Assembly: GCA_046483495.1 (NCBI GenBank)
Contig: JAWODC010000036.1
Coordinates: 47,260 to 111,259 of the forward strand
DNA length: 64,000 bases
Reading direction: 5' to 3'
DNA from: Desulfobacterales bacterium
GTDB lineage: Bacteria > Desulfobacterota > Desulfobacteria > Desulfobacterales > UBA5616
Part shown: positions 39,254 to 49,582 of the stretch, piece after piece
Layout of the letters: each line of letters opens with the position of its first letter
How positions within the stretch are numbered: the first letter of the stretch is position 1
Translations under genes and position numbers: made by a program
Notes under the pieces: model-generated
The model's input: the letters and a program-made list of their open reading frames with translations, nothing else
Databases searched by the model: none
Told to the model about the DNA's origin: nothing

Positions 39254-40525
39254 GTGAAGAGCATACCCCATTCGGGAATACCGAATCCTTCCCGCTACCC
39301 CCATGAAGTCGTTAAAGAACAGCTGCCCGGGGGTATCGAGCTTAGCAATTTCTTTTTTCGGTACGGCGCCAACATATATGTGTTTACCTATGAAAAATTC
39401 GGACGCACCCTGCATACCTTCATCGATGCCGGCTATGCGGACCACCAACGGTCGATCTTCAGGATTCTCGAAAGCAACGGCATTCGTCTATCCAATATCG
39501 AAAATATCATCATTACGCATCGACACCCCGACCATTGCGGCCTTGCCGCCGCACTGGCTGAAAAATCCGGAAGCGCGATACTGGCCCACGCCAATTTCAA
39601 ACGATTCGTCGACGGCGATATCAGCCCGATGGAACGCAAGTGGATGGGAAAATTCGATCCCACACCACTGGCAAAATGCAACATGGTTTATCTTGAACCC
39701 GGCAACGGAAACGGTGTCGCCGAGATCGGCGGTTTGGCATTTCCCCGCATGGGTCCCGGCATTGACATCGGTGGGGCGTGCAGACTCGAAATCATCACCT
39801 GTCCGGAAAGTACGCCTACGCACAGTCCGGACCAGCTGCTGATCCTTTATTCGCCGCAGCGGTTTCCGTATTGCAGTACAGGAGTGAATGCCGCGTTTAA
39901 GCCCACGGATGACATCATTTTTTCCGGCGATCTCTGGTTGATGCAGGGGCCGATATTCGAAAAAAGCCTCAGAAGCCTTCGGTTTAAAATCAAGTTCTTT
40001 TTTCTCCAATGGTCTGCGTTTATTTTCGGCCGCGGCACCGTTCGCCGCCTGCCGCGCGAACAGGATGCAGCAGCAAAGGATGCCGTAAAAAGGGGATTTG
40101 GTCTTATCCGGGTAAAGCCCGGTCACGGCAGGGAGTTTCTGGGAAGCAGCCTCATTCCCAATACCCTGTTGGCAGACCGGGATTTGCTCGTTCATTTAGG
40201 GTTCGCGATGGATGCGGATAAATCCATCCTGGAATCCAAGCACCTGCTGCCCAGGATCGACTCGCTTCTGGAGAACGCGTATACATATTTTGTCGCCACC
40301 CTGAGGCAATGGATAGCCACTGGCTACTGCCTAAGTGAAATACGCGACCTCCTCGTTCGAATCTATAAAGAGCAGAGCGGCGGCGGCAAGCTGGTGGAGC
40401 AGGACCGCGCCGAAAGAAGGGTAAGGCTTGCCCGGATGCTGCAAAGACTGGCATCGGAAAGCATCGAGACCGATGATCTCAACTGGATTGCAGAAGCCGC
40501 GTTGGCTCGGGTCAGCCGCACCTAA
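39254..40525 (+). CDS. Metallo-beta-lactamase-fold protein
   Basis: IDAG, THRHPDH, HSPD, FSGD, PGHG; AGGAG RBS before GTG. Confidence 0.82.
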   Translation: MKSIPHSGIPNPSRYPHEVVKEQLPGGIELSNFFFRYGANIYVFTYEKFGRTLHTFIDAGYADHQRSIFRILESNGIRLSNIENIIITHRHPDHCGLAAALAEKSGSAILAHANFKRFVDGDISPMERKWMGKFDPTPLAKCNMVYLEPGNGNGVAEIGGLAFPRMGPGIDIGGACRLEIITCPESTPTHSPDQLLILYSPQRFPYCSTGVNAAFKPTDDIIFSGDLWLMQGPIFEKSLRSLRFKIKFFFLQWSAFIFGRGTVRRLPREQDAAAKDAVKRGFGLIRVKPGHGREFLGSSLIPNTLLADRDLLVHLGFAMDADKSILESKHLLPRIDSLLENAYTYFVATLRQWIATGYCLSEIRDLLVRIYKEQSGGGKLVEQDRAERRVRLARMLQRLASESIETDDLNWIAEAALARVSRT

Positions 40526-40616
40526 CCTTCGGCCGGGGGCCCGAAAAACGTCTAACCGTGGTCAAAAACAGAGGGGCCCTGCGGATGCAGAACCCCTCGA
40601 CATACCGAGAAATGTC

Positions 40617-41027
40617 TCAGGCCAGTTGCTTGCCGGCGCCCGGCCCCGGTGAAACGCCGTAAATAGCATCGATTTTAAAAATCAGAGCCCCTTTCGATTT
40701 CAGCGGAAAACCGATCTTGTTTCCCCGCTCTTCGATCCATTTCGCCGTGTCCTCGTATCGCGGTCCCGAAGTTTCGATGGTTACGGTACCCTTGAGTTGA
40801 TACCCTTCCTGCCCTTCCCAGAAGGTAACCGCGGCCTTAGGGTTGGACTTCAAATTGGCCGCGGTTTTGTTTAAAAACTGATCGGAAATCAGAATGGTCT
40901 CGTCATCCAGTATGCGCTTGGCGCCTACCGGCACCCCGTTGGGTGTTCCATCCTCGGTGGCCGTAATCAGAGTAACTGCAGGTACTTTGTCAAACAGTTC
41001 TTTCATGCGATCCGTCATCTTTGCCAT
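40617..41027 (-). CDS. Pyridoxamine 5'-phosphate oxidase-like FMN-binding protein
   Basis: TATEDGTPN, DQFLNKTAANL, GYQLKG, SPGPGAG; AGGAGG RBS. Confidence 0.85.
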   Translation of the reverse strand: MAKMTDRMKELFDKVPAVTLITATEDGTPNGVPVGAKRILDDETILISDQFLNKTAANLKSNPKAAVTFWEGQEGYQLKGTVTIETSGPRYEDTAKWIEERGNKIGFPLKSKGALIFKIDAIYGVSPGPGAGKQLA

Positions 41028-41122
41028 GCGATCAATCCTCCTTTCAACTTCAACTAATCAACACGTATTTTGGGTCCAACATCTCTTTCCCAAGCGCCAA
41101 ACCCGCGAAAACGACTTTTCAA

Positions 41123-41185
41123 TACCCATCACCTCTTACCATAACCTATCACCTATTACCCAACAACCATTACCCATAACCCGAT
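41123..41185. repeat. Degenerate heptamer tandem repeat
   Basis: TACCCAT CACCTCT TACCAT AACCTAT CACCTAT TACCCAA CAACCAT TACCCAT AACCCGA. Confidence 0.65.
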
Positions 41186-41238
41186 TTTTTAAACGCCGCT
41201 CCGGGCCAAAAGATGCCGCTTCCGAATCACATCGTCCC

Positions 41239-41385
41239 GTGGCCGTCCGGAAGCGGTAGGTTTTGGTCCGGAGCAAGGCATGAGCCCTTTTTGGAACCGC
41301 AGGAATAGTTTAAACTATTTCGAGGATTCCAAAAAGGCGAAAACGCCGCTCCGGGCCAAAAGATGCCGCTTCCGGACGGCCACTA
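41239..41385. mobile_element. MITE/ERIC-like palindromic element, family B (extra right-arm copy at 41191-41224)
   Basis: Perfect 18-bp TIR GTGGCCGTCCGGAAGCGG...CCGCTTCCGGACGGCCAC; nested inner stems; core shared with family A. Confidence 0.8.
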
Positions 41386-42474
41386 CGCGTAGGGGGCTAT
41401 GTCTACGCCCCTCATCCAAGCCCGCTCCCGATACCACGATATCTCATCATCCGGAGGCGTTTGGATATCCTTTTCGTCCTTACGAACCAAACGAATTGCC
41501 TCTACCGGACAAGTCGTTATGCAAAGTCCGCAGCCGATGCATTTCTCCGGAATCACCGAATAGGCTTCATCGCCTTCTTCGATGGCGTTGATCTGACAGC
41601 GCTCATCGGCACAGGTGCCGCAGGCTGTACACAGGTCGGAGTCGATTGCGGCATAATAATCCGAATTGACCACAGTCCACGCGGGAATTCCCAGTTTGTT
41701 GATGCTGCTTAAAACACCGCAGCAGCAGCCACAGCAGTTGCATATGAAGAAATGGCCGTTTTTAAAATTGCTGGTCAAGTGTACCAGCCCTAATTCTTCG
41801 GTCTTCTTCAGTAAGGCTCGGGCTTCCTCCCTGGAAACAGCACGGCCGGTTGGATGGTTGTCAAACATTTTGGGAATTGGCGCCATTGCCATGCATACTT
41901 CCAGAGGCCTTGTGCATGGCTTGCCAAGAATGCCCTGCTCTTTTTTGCAGATGCATTCCATCACCATGAATGATTCATTGCTCTCCAACAGCTTGGTGAT
42001 TTTTTGATACGGCAAGGCCTCCTGGAGCATCGAAAGCTCTTCTTCAATGGGAAGCGTTTGCATCATCTGGGGCGGATTTCCGAAAAACTGCTTGCCGTAG
42101 ACCGGGGCGAACTCTTCGTTCAGCTCCGCGAATTCCCTGTCCAGCCGGTTCAGTTGGAGTTCATAGAGGCCGAAAGCCCACGGCACCATTTTAAACAGCC
42201 GGGTGCCGCCCAGGGCTACCGACATGACCTGTCCCCGCTCTCTCATACGGATAAGCTTTTCCTCCAGCGTTTCCAGCGGACGGCCGGTCCGCTCGGAAAT
42301 CTCTTGCGCGGTTTCAAATGTCAGCTTTAGATCACAAAACAGGTCCGCTTCGTCGGGATCGAAAATCTTTTTCAGCAGTTTCATTTCGGCGCCGTTTTCC
42401 GTTGACGGGAAACCGTTGGGAAGCGTGTCTAAAACACGAGCCAATTTGCGATAAACATCCTCATTCATTTTCAT
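41383..42474 (-). CDS. Multi-Fe-S protein, paralog of 8717..9958
   Basis: CICK..C..C, CNCCGCCC, CTACGTCADERC, CIGCGLCITTC. Confidence 0.88.
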   Translation of the reverse strand: MKMNEDVYRKLARVLDTLPNGFPSTENGAEMKLLKKIFDPDEADLFCDLKLTFETAQEISERTGRPLETLEEKLIRMRERGQVMSVALGGTRLFKMVPWAFGLYELQLNRLDREFAELNEEFAPVYGKQFFGNPPQMMQTLPIEEELSMLQEALPYQKITKLLESNESFMVMECICKKEQGILGKPCTRPLEVCMAMAPIPKMFDNHPTGRAVSREEARALLKKTEELGLVHLTSNFKNGHFFICNCCGCCCGVLSSINKLGIPAWTVVNSDYYAAIDSDLCTACGTCADERCQINAIEEGDEAYSVIPEKCIGCGLCITTCPVEAIRLVRKDEKDIQTPPDDEISWYRERAWMRGVDIAPYA

Positions 42475-42527
42475 TTACCTCCTGCAATATGGGATGGACT
42501 GCAGTCACCCGAAAAAGGGGCGCGCTA

Positions 42528-43331
42528 TTATGAGGTTGCATGCCGAAGCGCAAGTTTTTCGAACATTCGGACCAGTCCGGCCACCAACGTGTAGATGTGT
42601 TCGATAGCCATATTCTTGTCGGCGGTTGAATCGAAAAAAAGCTTCAGATCAGACTCGAGACCTTCTTCAGGTTTCCAGTAGCAAATCAGAATCGGAATTT
42701 TCGGCAGGGGATGCAGAACCAGGGAAATGTCGCTTTCATAGTGATCTTCCACCTTCCGGCCGTTGAAGATATGGATCAGGTCCTCAAAAAACTCCGTATA
42801 CGAATCGGCAATTTTTTTCATGGGCTTTTCGCACCGCTGCAAAAATAGCCCCTGCCGGGGTTGTCCTCCGACAAGCTCCCGGAATGACACCCAATTTCCG
42901 GAAACCGGAATCCCCTCGCAAGTCAGTATGTAGTTTAAAATCGGCATTACCACCCAGGGATTAATGTGGATATCCGAGGCCATATTTCCCTGCCGGTCAA
43001 CGTGAAAATCCTTGCCGAAAACTTTAATCGTGAGCCGTCCGTTCGAAAAGGTTCCGCCGATACGTTTTGCCGCTGCCGCCAAATCCAGAGCGGCGACTTT
43101 TTCCTTCAGACGTGACAGAACTGCTTCACCGTCCTCCTCCGCCGGTTTGGCAGGCTCAGCCGAAGCGCAGCGGGCAATGATTTCCGGATCGATATAGGGG
43201 CACTCGTCCAATCGCCGTTTGCCGGCAAACACCGCCGCTGCAAAGGCCATGCATGTTTTTTCCCCGCACTGCCGGCAGTTGGATTTATTGAGAAGCTTCA
43301 GGATGTCAACCGGGCTTTTTAAATCAGTCAT
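42528..43331 (-). CDS. Fe-S domain + DUF3786-like protein
   Basis: N-terminal NCRQCGEKTCMAFA...CP (AcsC/RnfB-type Fe-S domain); WVSFREL, LPKIP, FD motifs. Confidence 0.78.
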   Translation of the reverse strand: MTDLKSPVDILKLLNKSNCRQCGEKTCMAFAAAVFAGKRRLDECPYIDPEIIARCASAEPAKPAEEDGEAVLSRLKEKVAALDLAAAAKRIGGTFSNGRLTIKVFGKDFHVDRQGNMASDIHINPWVVMPILNYILTCEGIPVSGNWVSFRELVGGQPRQGLFLQRCEKPMKKIADSYTEFFEDLIHIFNGRKVEDHYESDISLVLHPLPKIPILICYWKPEEGLESDLKLFFDSTADKNMAIEHIYTLVAGLVRMFEKLALRHATS

Positions 43332-43349
43332 GCTGTATACTCCTGCTCC

Positions 43350-44609
43350 CTACGTCCCGATAGTCCAGGAAGAGAGGTACTTTTTCTGTTCCGGCGTCAG
43401 TTTGTCGATGGATATCGACATGGCTTTTAATTTTTCCGTTGCGATCATTTTATCGATGTGCTCGGGAACGCCATACACCCGGTTTTCCAGCTTTTGTTTG
43501 CTTTTGACCATATATTCGATGCTCAGCGCCTGGTTGGCGAAGCTCATATCCATGACGCTCGAGGGGTGGCCCTCGGCCGCCGCGAGATTGATCAGCCGCC
43601 CCTCTCCAAGAACATTGATGCGCCTCCCGTTTTCAAGGGTGTGTTCGACGACGAAGGCTCTGATTTCCCTCTTCCGCTTTGTGATGCTGTTTAAGCCATC
43701 GAGATCGAGTTCCACATTGAAGTGCCCGGAGTTGCACACGATCGCACCGTCTTTCATCACCGCAAAATGAGACTTTCGAATGACATTGAGGTTTCCGGTG
43801 ACCGTGCAGAAGAAGTTTCCGATTTTTGCCGCATCTTTTATGGGCATCACCGTGAATCCATCCATTACGGCTTCGAGTCCGGCGGTGGGATCCACTTCGG
43901 TGACGATGACAGCGGCTCCCATTCCCCTGGCCCTCATGGCCAGCCCCTTGCCGCACCATCCATAGCCGCACACGACAAATTTGGAACCGGCGATCAGCCG
44001 GTTGGTGGCGCGTATGATACCGTCGATGGTGCTCTGACCGGTTCCATATCGGTTATCGAAAAAATGTTTGGTGTGAGCGTCATTCACGGCGATAATCGGA
44101 TATTTAAGGATCCCGTCGGCCGCCATGCTTTTCAGGCGGATAATGCCGGTGGTGGTCTCTTCGGTGCCTCCCTTGACGGATTCGATCAGCTCGGATCTCT
44201 CCGAATGCAGCGTGGAAACGAGATCGGCGCCGTCATCCATCGTATAGTGGGGTTTTTTATCCAGAACGGCGTTTATGTGCTGATAATACGTTTTATTGTC
44301 TTCACCTTTTATGGCGAAAACCGGAATTTTGTCCGACTTGACCAACGAGGCGGCCACATCATCCTGGGTGCTTAATGGATTCGATGCGCAGAGAAAAACC
44401 GACGCCCCTGCCGATTTAAGAGTTTGCATCAGGGATGCCGTTTCCGTGGTAACGTGAAGGCATGCGGCGATGCGAACCCCGCTCAATGGTTTTTCCTTTT
44501 TAAAACGATCCATGATGCGATTTAAAACCGGCATGTTCTGGTTTGCCCACTGGATGCGCCGGGCGCCTTCGCCTGCCAGCTCGATATCCTTGATGTGGTA
44601 ATCCATCAT
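43350..44609 (-). CDS. ahcY: Adenosylhomocysteinase
   Basis: [50 protein letters not shown]. Confidence 0.97.
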   Translation of the reverse strand: MMDYHIKDIELAGEGARRIQWANQNMPVLNRIMDRFKKEKPLSGVRIAACLHVTTETASLMQTLKSAGASVFLCASNPLSTQDDVAASLVKSDKIPVFAIKGEDNKTYYQHINAVLDKKPHYTMDDGADLVSTLHSERSELIESVKGGTEETTTGIIRLKSMAADGILKYPIIAVNDAHTKHFFDNRYGTGQSTIDGIIRATNRLIAGSKFVVCGYGWCGKGLAMRARGMGAAVIVTEVDPTAGLEAVMDGFTVMPIKDAAKIGNFFCTVTGNLNVIRKSHFAVMKDGAIVCNSGHFNVELDLDGLNSITKRKREIRAFVVEHTLENGRRINVLGEGRLINLAAAEGHPSSVMDMSFANQALSIEYMVKSKQKLENRVYGVPEHIDKMIATEKLKAMSISIDKLTPEQKKYLSSWTIGT

Positions 44610-44625
44610 AATGCTCCCTTGCTGA

Positions 44626-45795
44626 TTATATCCCCGCTTTTTCCCTGATCGTATCGGCCATATTCGTCTTTTCCCAAGTGAAATCCGGGCTTTTTCGTCC
44701 AAAATGACCATAGGCCGCTGTGGCCTTATAAATCGGCCTTAATAAATCGAGATATTCGATTATGGCAGCGGGCCTGAGATCGAATACATCCGATATAATT
44801 TCCCGGATGCGTTTTGAAGGAATTTTACCGGTGTCCATGGTGTCCACGAGAATGGAGACCGGTTCGGCAACACCTATGGCATAGGCCAACTGTATTTCGC
44901 ACTTTTTCGCCACACCCGAGGCAACCACGTTTTTAGCCACATGGCGCGCCATGTAAGATGCGCTCCGGTCCACTTTGGAGGGGTCCTTTCCCGAAAAGCA
45001 CCCTCCCCCGTGACTCCCCTGGCCGCCGTACGTGTCAACGATGATTTTTCTTCCGGTGAGTCCGCAGTCTCCCATCGGTCCCCCAACAACGAATCGGCCG
45101 GTCGGATTGATGTAAAAGCGGGTTTCCTCGTCAATCATTTCATTCGGAATAATCCGTTTGATGACGCTCTTTATGACAGCTTCCCTGAGGTCTTCGTATT
45201 CCACATCCGGTTTATGCTGTGCCGAAATGACGACCGCATCGATCCGCTTCGGTGTGCCGTTTTCATATTCCACGGTCACCTGACTCTTGCCGTCCGGCCT
45301 TAAAAAATCCAGCGATCCGTTTTTGCGCACTTCCGCCAGTCGCTTGCACAGTTTGTGGGCATATATGATGGGCATGGGCATGAGTTCGGGTGTTTCATCA
45401 CAGGCAAAACCGAACATCAGCCCTTGGTCGCCGGCGCCCTGCTCCAGGAACAGCCCTTCACCCACATTGACCCCCTGAGCGATATCCGGAGATTGATGAT
45501 CGATGCTGGTTACAACCGAACAGGTCTGCCAATCGAATCCCATCTGCGAAGACCGGTAGCCGATATCCCGGATGGTATTCCTGACGATCATGGGCATATC
45601 GACGTAACATTCGGTCGTAATTTCACCGGCGATAAAAGCAAGTCCTGTCGTTACGAGCGTTTCGCAAGCGACGCGGCAATTCGGATCCTGAGCGATAATG
45701 GCGTCTAAAATGGCATCTGAAATGGCATCCGCCACCTTGTCGGGATGGCCCTCCGTAACCGATTCGGAAGTGAAAAAGAATTGATCGTTCGTCAT
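44626..45795 (-). CDS. metK: S-adenosylmethionine synthetase
   Basis: [46 protein letters not shown]. Confidence 0.98.
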   Translation of the reverse strand: MTNDQFFFTSESVTEGHPDKVADAISDAILDAIIAQDPNCRVACETLVTTGLAFIAGEITTECYVDMPMIVRNTIRDIGYRSSQMGFDWQTCSVVTSIDHQSPDIAQGVNVGEGLFLEQGAGDQGLMFGFACDETPELMPMPIIYAHKLCKRLAEVRKNGSLDFLRPDGKSQVTVEYENGTPKRIDAVVISAQHKPDVEYEDLREAVIKSVIKRIIPNEMIDEETRFYINPTGRFVVGGPMGDCGLTGRKIIVDTYGGQGSHGGGCFSGKDPSKVDRSASYMARHVAKNVVASGVAKKCEIQLAYAIGVAEPVSILVDTMDTGKIPSKRIREIISDVFDLRPAAIIEYLDLLRPIYKATAAYGHFGRKSPDFTWEKTNMADTIREKAGI

Positions 45796-45821
45796 ACAAT
45801 GTCTCCTTTATATTAGCGGGT

Positions 45822-46667
45822 CTATGGGACCAGTATTTTATTGTCGATCAACCGGGTCTTGCCGACCATGACGGCAAGCGCCATCAGCACGGGACGGGTT
45901 ATGACGGGTACGTCTTCCAGCGTATCCGGATCACAGATCGTTATATAATCGATCCGAGTATCCGGATAGGAGGTAATCCGGTCTGCTGCTTCCGATATGA
46001 TTTCGTCTGCTTGCATACAGCCCTTTTTTAAGGCGTTTTCCGCATTTTGCAGCGAGTGGTACAGCGATAAAGCCGCAGGTCGCTGCTCATCCGAGAGATA
46101 GGCGTTGCGGCTGCTCATGGCGAGTCCGTCCGGCTCTCTGACGGTTGGTACTCCGACGATTCGAATATCGAAATTCAAATCCCCGACCATCCGGCGGATA
46201 ACGGCGAGTTGCTGATAGTCTTTTTGTCCAAAAAACGCGATGTGCGGTTTGATGATGTTAAACAACTTGGATACCACTGTAGCCACGCCCCTGAAAAAGC
46301 CCGGCCTGGAAAGACCGCACAAATGTTCAGGAAGCTTTTCCAGATTGATGTAGGTTTGAAAATCAGGACCGTACAACTCCGCTGCTTTGGGATGAAAAAC
46401 CGTGTTCACACTTTCTTTCCGGGCGAGTTCGATATCCCGCTCGAGATTTCGCGGATAGGTCTCGAAATCTTCGTTGGGCCCGAACTGGGTGGGATTGACA
46501 AAAATGCTCAACACCAGTTCATCACATTGTTTTCGGGCCTCTCGGAGCAGCATGAGATGTCCTTCGTGTAGAAATCCCATTGTGGGGACAAATCCGATAA
46601 TCGAACCTTTTGCCCTCACGGCATCGGCATGGCATTGAAATTCTTTGGCGGTGGTGATGATATCTAT
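45822..46667 (-). CDS. panC: Pantoate--beta-alanine ligase (probable ATA start at 46667; alternative GTG at 46619)
   Basis: GFVPTMGFLHEGH, FVNPTQF, FGQKDYQQ, REPDGLAMSSRN, RLIDN. Confidence 0.95.
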   Translation of the reverse strand: MDIITTAKEFQCHADAVRAKGSIIGFVPTMGFLHEGHLMLLREARKQCDELVLSIFVNPTQFGPNEDFETYPRNLERDIELARKESVNTVFHPKAAELYGPDFQTYINLEKLPEHLCGLSRPGFFRGVATVVSKLFNIIKPHIAFFGQKDYQQLAVIRRMVGDLNFDIRIVGVPTVREPDGLAMSSRNAYLSDEQRPAALSLYHSLQNAENALKKGCMQADEIISEAADRITSYPDTRIDYITICDPDTLEDVPVITRPVLMALAVMVGKTRLIDNKILVP

Positions 46668-46771
46668 GGCCCAACCCTCTTTCTGATAGGTGTTTAAATT
46701 TATTATTCTTATACTGAAGTTTTCGACGCGTCAAGCAAGAAAAAAAGAGAAATTCGGCGGCTCATCCGGTA

Positions 46772-47956
46772 TTACACAGTCCCTATGACCAGGTTAAGTT
46801 CCAAACCTCCATGAAAAATGGGATGCCGTGTATGGGAAAACGGCAGGCCTCGAAAACGGTTTTCCCGGGGCATCACCCATACGACAGTCCAATTTCGATA
46901 GTCCCGCATGAGCTTGTCGACAACGGCTCGATAGAATGAAAGGGGTTTCGATTCATCGGTCAACCGAATACCATAAGGCGGATTGAGAAAAACAATTCCG
47001 CTTTGCGAGGTGTACGCTTCGGGGCGGCTTCGAAAAAAATCCCGGTGCGCGACAGAAATGATGCGTGACAACCCGTACTTCTCGACCGTTTTTTCCAAGG
47101 CGCTCACAGCATGCCCGTCCACGTCCGAGGCAAACACAACCGGTGACAACGGAAACTGAAACCGTTGCCGTGCTTCCTTTTTCATGTACTCCCAAAGCTT
47201 TGGCTTAAATGAGGGCCAGTCCATAAACGCAAACTCCCTGAACCACCCCGCAGGTATTTTGGCGGCCGTCATCGCGGCTTCGAGGGAAATCGTTCCGGAA
47301 CCGCACATGGGATCGATCAGCGGGCGCACTCCGGTGTATCCGGCAAGCCGCAACGCAGCGGCGGCCAGCGTCTCACGCAAGGGCGCTCTGGCAGGATGGC
47401 TTTTTAGACCCCGCTTGTAAAGGGGCGTTCCGCTGCTGTCCAGGGACACCGTAAAACAGTCGTTCTCTCCCCTGATATAGATGTCGAACAGAGGTTCGGC
47501 GCCGCTGCCGTCATGATCGTCCACTGCTGCCGAACCATGCATCATGCCCGATAAAAAATGATGCTCAATCGCATCCGTATGGTAAAGCCGGCATTTGGAG
47601 GTCGAGGCCTTCAGGCGTATTCGGCATGAGGGGTCGAGATAAAGATTCCATGGAAAATTTCCTGCCGCTTTCTCAACCTGTCTGAAATTGACGGCCTTGA
47701 ATGTACCGATACGCATCAAAATACGGGTTGCCGTGCGCAGGTGGAGGTTTGCGGCATAGCAGTCGGCAAGTCGACCGGAAAACGTTACGCCGCCGGGAAC
47801 GGCTGAGGGCTTTACAATCGGCAACTCCAACGACAAAAGTTCTTCAGCGCATATGCCGTTTAAACGAGGCGATGTTGCGGCGAAAAAGGCGTGTTTCCTC
47901 CCGATGATGCGGCGTTTCACACGTTTTTCATGGGAGGTTGACTTTCCGATGGGCAT
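46772..47956 (-). CDS. THUMP-domain RNA methyltransferase (RlmL/RlmK-like)
   Basis: NLHLRTATRIL, SLDSSGTPLYKRG, APLRETLAAA, DPMCGSGT, NPPYG; start uncertain. Confidence 0.87.
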   Translation of the reverse strand: MPIGKSTSHEKRVKRRIIGRKHAFFAATSPRLNGICAEELLSLELPIVKPSAVPGGVTFSGRLADCYAANLHLRTATRILMRIGTFKAVNFRQVEKAAGNFPWNLYLDPSCRIRLKASTSKCRLYHTDAIEHHFLSGMMHGSAAVDDHDGSGAEPLFDIYIRGENDCFTVSLDSSGTPLYKRGLKSHPARAPLRETLAAAALRLAGYTGVRPLIDPMCGSGTISLEAAMTAAKIPAGWFREFAFMDWPSFKPKLWEYMKKEARQRFQFPLSPVVFASDVDGHAVSALEKTVEKYGLSRIISVAHRDFFRSRPEAYTSQSGIVFLNPPYGIRLTDESKPLSFYRAVVDKLMRDYRNWTVVWVMPRENRFRGLPFSHTRHPIFHGGLELNLVIGTV

Positions 47957-48106
47957 TCTGTATTTTATCCCGGCAACCATCACATAATCTCTTCACCTTG
48001 AACAACAAAAGGTATTTATAATTCAAAAACGGTTTGCACGCAAAAAGATTTTCACCACATCTATTGCCGTGCGTTCAAACATGCATCTACCAAGAGGAGG
48101 GTACGA

Positions 48107-48547
48107 ATGGCTGGTATCAACAAAGCAATCATTGTGGGCAGACTTGGAAGAGACCCGGAAGTGCGGTATACGGCCGACGGCCGTGCGGTCACCAATTTCA
48201 GCGTCGCCACCTCTGACGAATGGAAAGATAAGGAAACCGGTGAAAAAAAAGAGCGCGTTGAATGGCACCGAGTCGTTGCCTTCAACAAGCTTGGCGAGAT
48301 CTGCGGCCAATATCTCTCCAAAGGCAAACAGGTGTATATCGAAGGGCGCATTCAGACCCGGGATTGGGAAGATCGTGAAGGCGTTAAACGATATACAACG
48401 GAGATCATCGCCTTGGACGTCCAGTTTCTGGGATCGAAAGACGATGGCGGTGGGGGCGGCGGAGTCAAAAACCAGGTGCGGGACCCCTATGCCGATTCGG
48501 AGACATCCTTCGGCGGACCGCCTTCAGACGATGATATCCCGTTCTGA
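48107..48547 (+). CDS. ssb: Single-stranded DNA-binding protein
   Basis: [28 protein letters not shown], acidic C-terminal DDDIPF. Confidence 0.98.
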   Translation: MAGINKAIIVGRLGRDPEVRYTADGRAVTNFSVATSDEWKDKETGEKKERVEWHRVVAFNKLGEICGQYLSKGKQVYIEGRIQTRDWEDREGVKRYTTEIIALDVQFLGSKDDGGGGGGVKNQVRDPYADSETSFGGPPSDDDIPF

Positions 48548-48586
48548 GGCAATATCGGCAAAACCTTATCTTTTCCCCGGACAAGA

Positions 48587-48619
48587 AAAATGGCGGCTTC
48601 AACAGAAGACCGCCATTTT
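48587..48619. terminator. Probable bidirectional terminator between ssb and tatA
   Basis: AAAATGGCGG...CCGCCATTTT hairpin between convergent genes. Confidence 0.65.
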
Positions 48620-48644
48620 ACGCAATCCGGCTATGGGTGGGGCT

Positions 48645-48824
48645 TCAATGCGAATTATCCGATTCGATCTTCTCCGGTTCTTTTTTGTCTTCCGAAGTGG
48701 CTTTCTTGAAATTTCGGATGGCTTTTCCCATACCGGCGCCGATTTCCGGGAGTTTTCCGGCCCCGAAAATAATCAATATGATCACCAGAATGATAATCAG
48801 TTCAGGCATTCCGATACCAAACAT
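48645..48824 (-). CDS. tatA: Twin-arginine translocase subunit TatA
   Basis: [50 protein letters not shown]. Confidence 0.95.
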   Translation of the reverse strand: MFGIGMPELIIILVIILIIFGAGKLPEIGAGMGKAIRNFKKATSEDKKEPEKIESDNSH

Positions 48825-48828
48825 GTAT

Positions 48829-49251
48829 TTATTCCTCCTCGTCAAAAGGCTTTATTTCCTTGATTTCCATCAGCAATGCTTTAAATTCTTTCGATCTTAA
48901 ATAATTATCCAACGCCCCTTGATAATCGATCCACCTTCGCCATAAGTCCGCCCAGCCATGGGTGTACCAATAGTTTTCGGGGTCTTTTTCTCCTTTTAAA
49001 AATTGGATGTAATCGATATATTCTTCTTTACAGTGGTGGCAAAAGTTATATGGGATCGTGCTTTCAACGGGTTCTGTGGGTTGTGCGGCATCTTTTAAAT
49101 CGATGCTTGCGCCGCATTTCTCACATTTAAACGCGCACCGAACGCACCTGAAAACATTTTGAACCGCTTGAATCTTGCGTTTTCGTGCCAGAATACTTTT
49201 TTTGTTCTTGAGACGCTCCAGTTTTTTGTTCAGGGGAATAATATCCGCCAT
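48829..49251 (-). CDS. Hypothetical Cys-rich (putative Zn-binding) protein
   Basis: [11 protein letters not shown] ... CHHC; stops 4 nt before tatA. Confidence 0.72.
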   Translation of the reverse strand: MADIIPLNKKLERLKNKKSILARKRKIQAVQNVFRCVRCAFKCEKCGASIDLKDAAQPTEPVESTIPYNFCHHCKEEYIDYIQFLKGEKDPENYWYTHGWADLWRRWIDYQGALDNYLRSKEFKALLMEIKEIKPFDEEE

Positions 49252-49485
49252 GGCAAACCTTTGGCTTCCGTAAAAGCTGCATTTCTGCAACCTTCTGTGA
49301 TGCTTCAATTTCTATACGTATATCACCGGGTCGGTGGTCTGTCAAACAATTCGCACAGGAGTCAGAGACAGTTCATTTTCGTGTACCTTGCCGAAAACAT
49401 CAACGATATTTTGTTTGAGTACGATTTTAATTCATGTTATCAAAATGATCATCATTGATTTTTAAGCTGATTTAAGCGACTTTTT

Positions 49486-49517
49486 CATCACGCACACAGC
49501 GTGATGCTTCTTTTTTT
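49486..49517 (+). terminator. Intrinsic-terminator-like hairpin in the methionine synthase leader
   Basis: CATCACGC-ACACA-GCGTGATG followed by CTTCTTTTTTT. Confidence 0.5.
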
Positions 49518-49582
49518 GCTGAAACAGCGATGTGAATTTCCCCCGGCGTGAATGTTCGGGTAATGAAAGGTGGAATTAACAA

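Noticed and set aside
41191..41385. Direct repeat of about 33 bp considered as a CRISPR array
   Set aside because: Only two copies, 150 bp apart, forming arms of a palindromic element; no cas genes.
45796..45821. SAM riboswitch upstream of metK
   Set aside because: Only 26 nt separate panC and metK, leaving no room for an aptamer.
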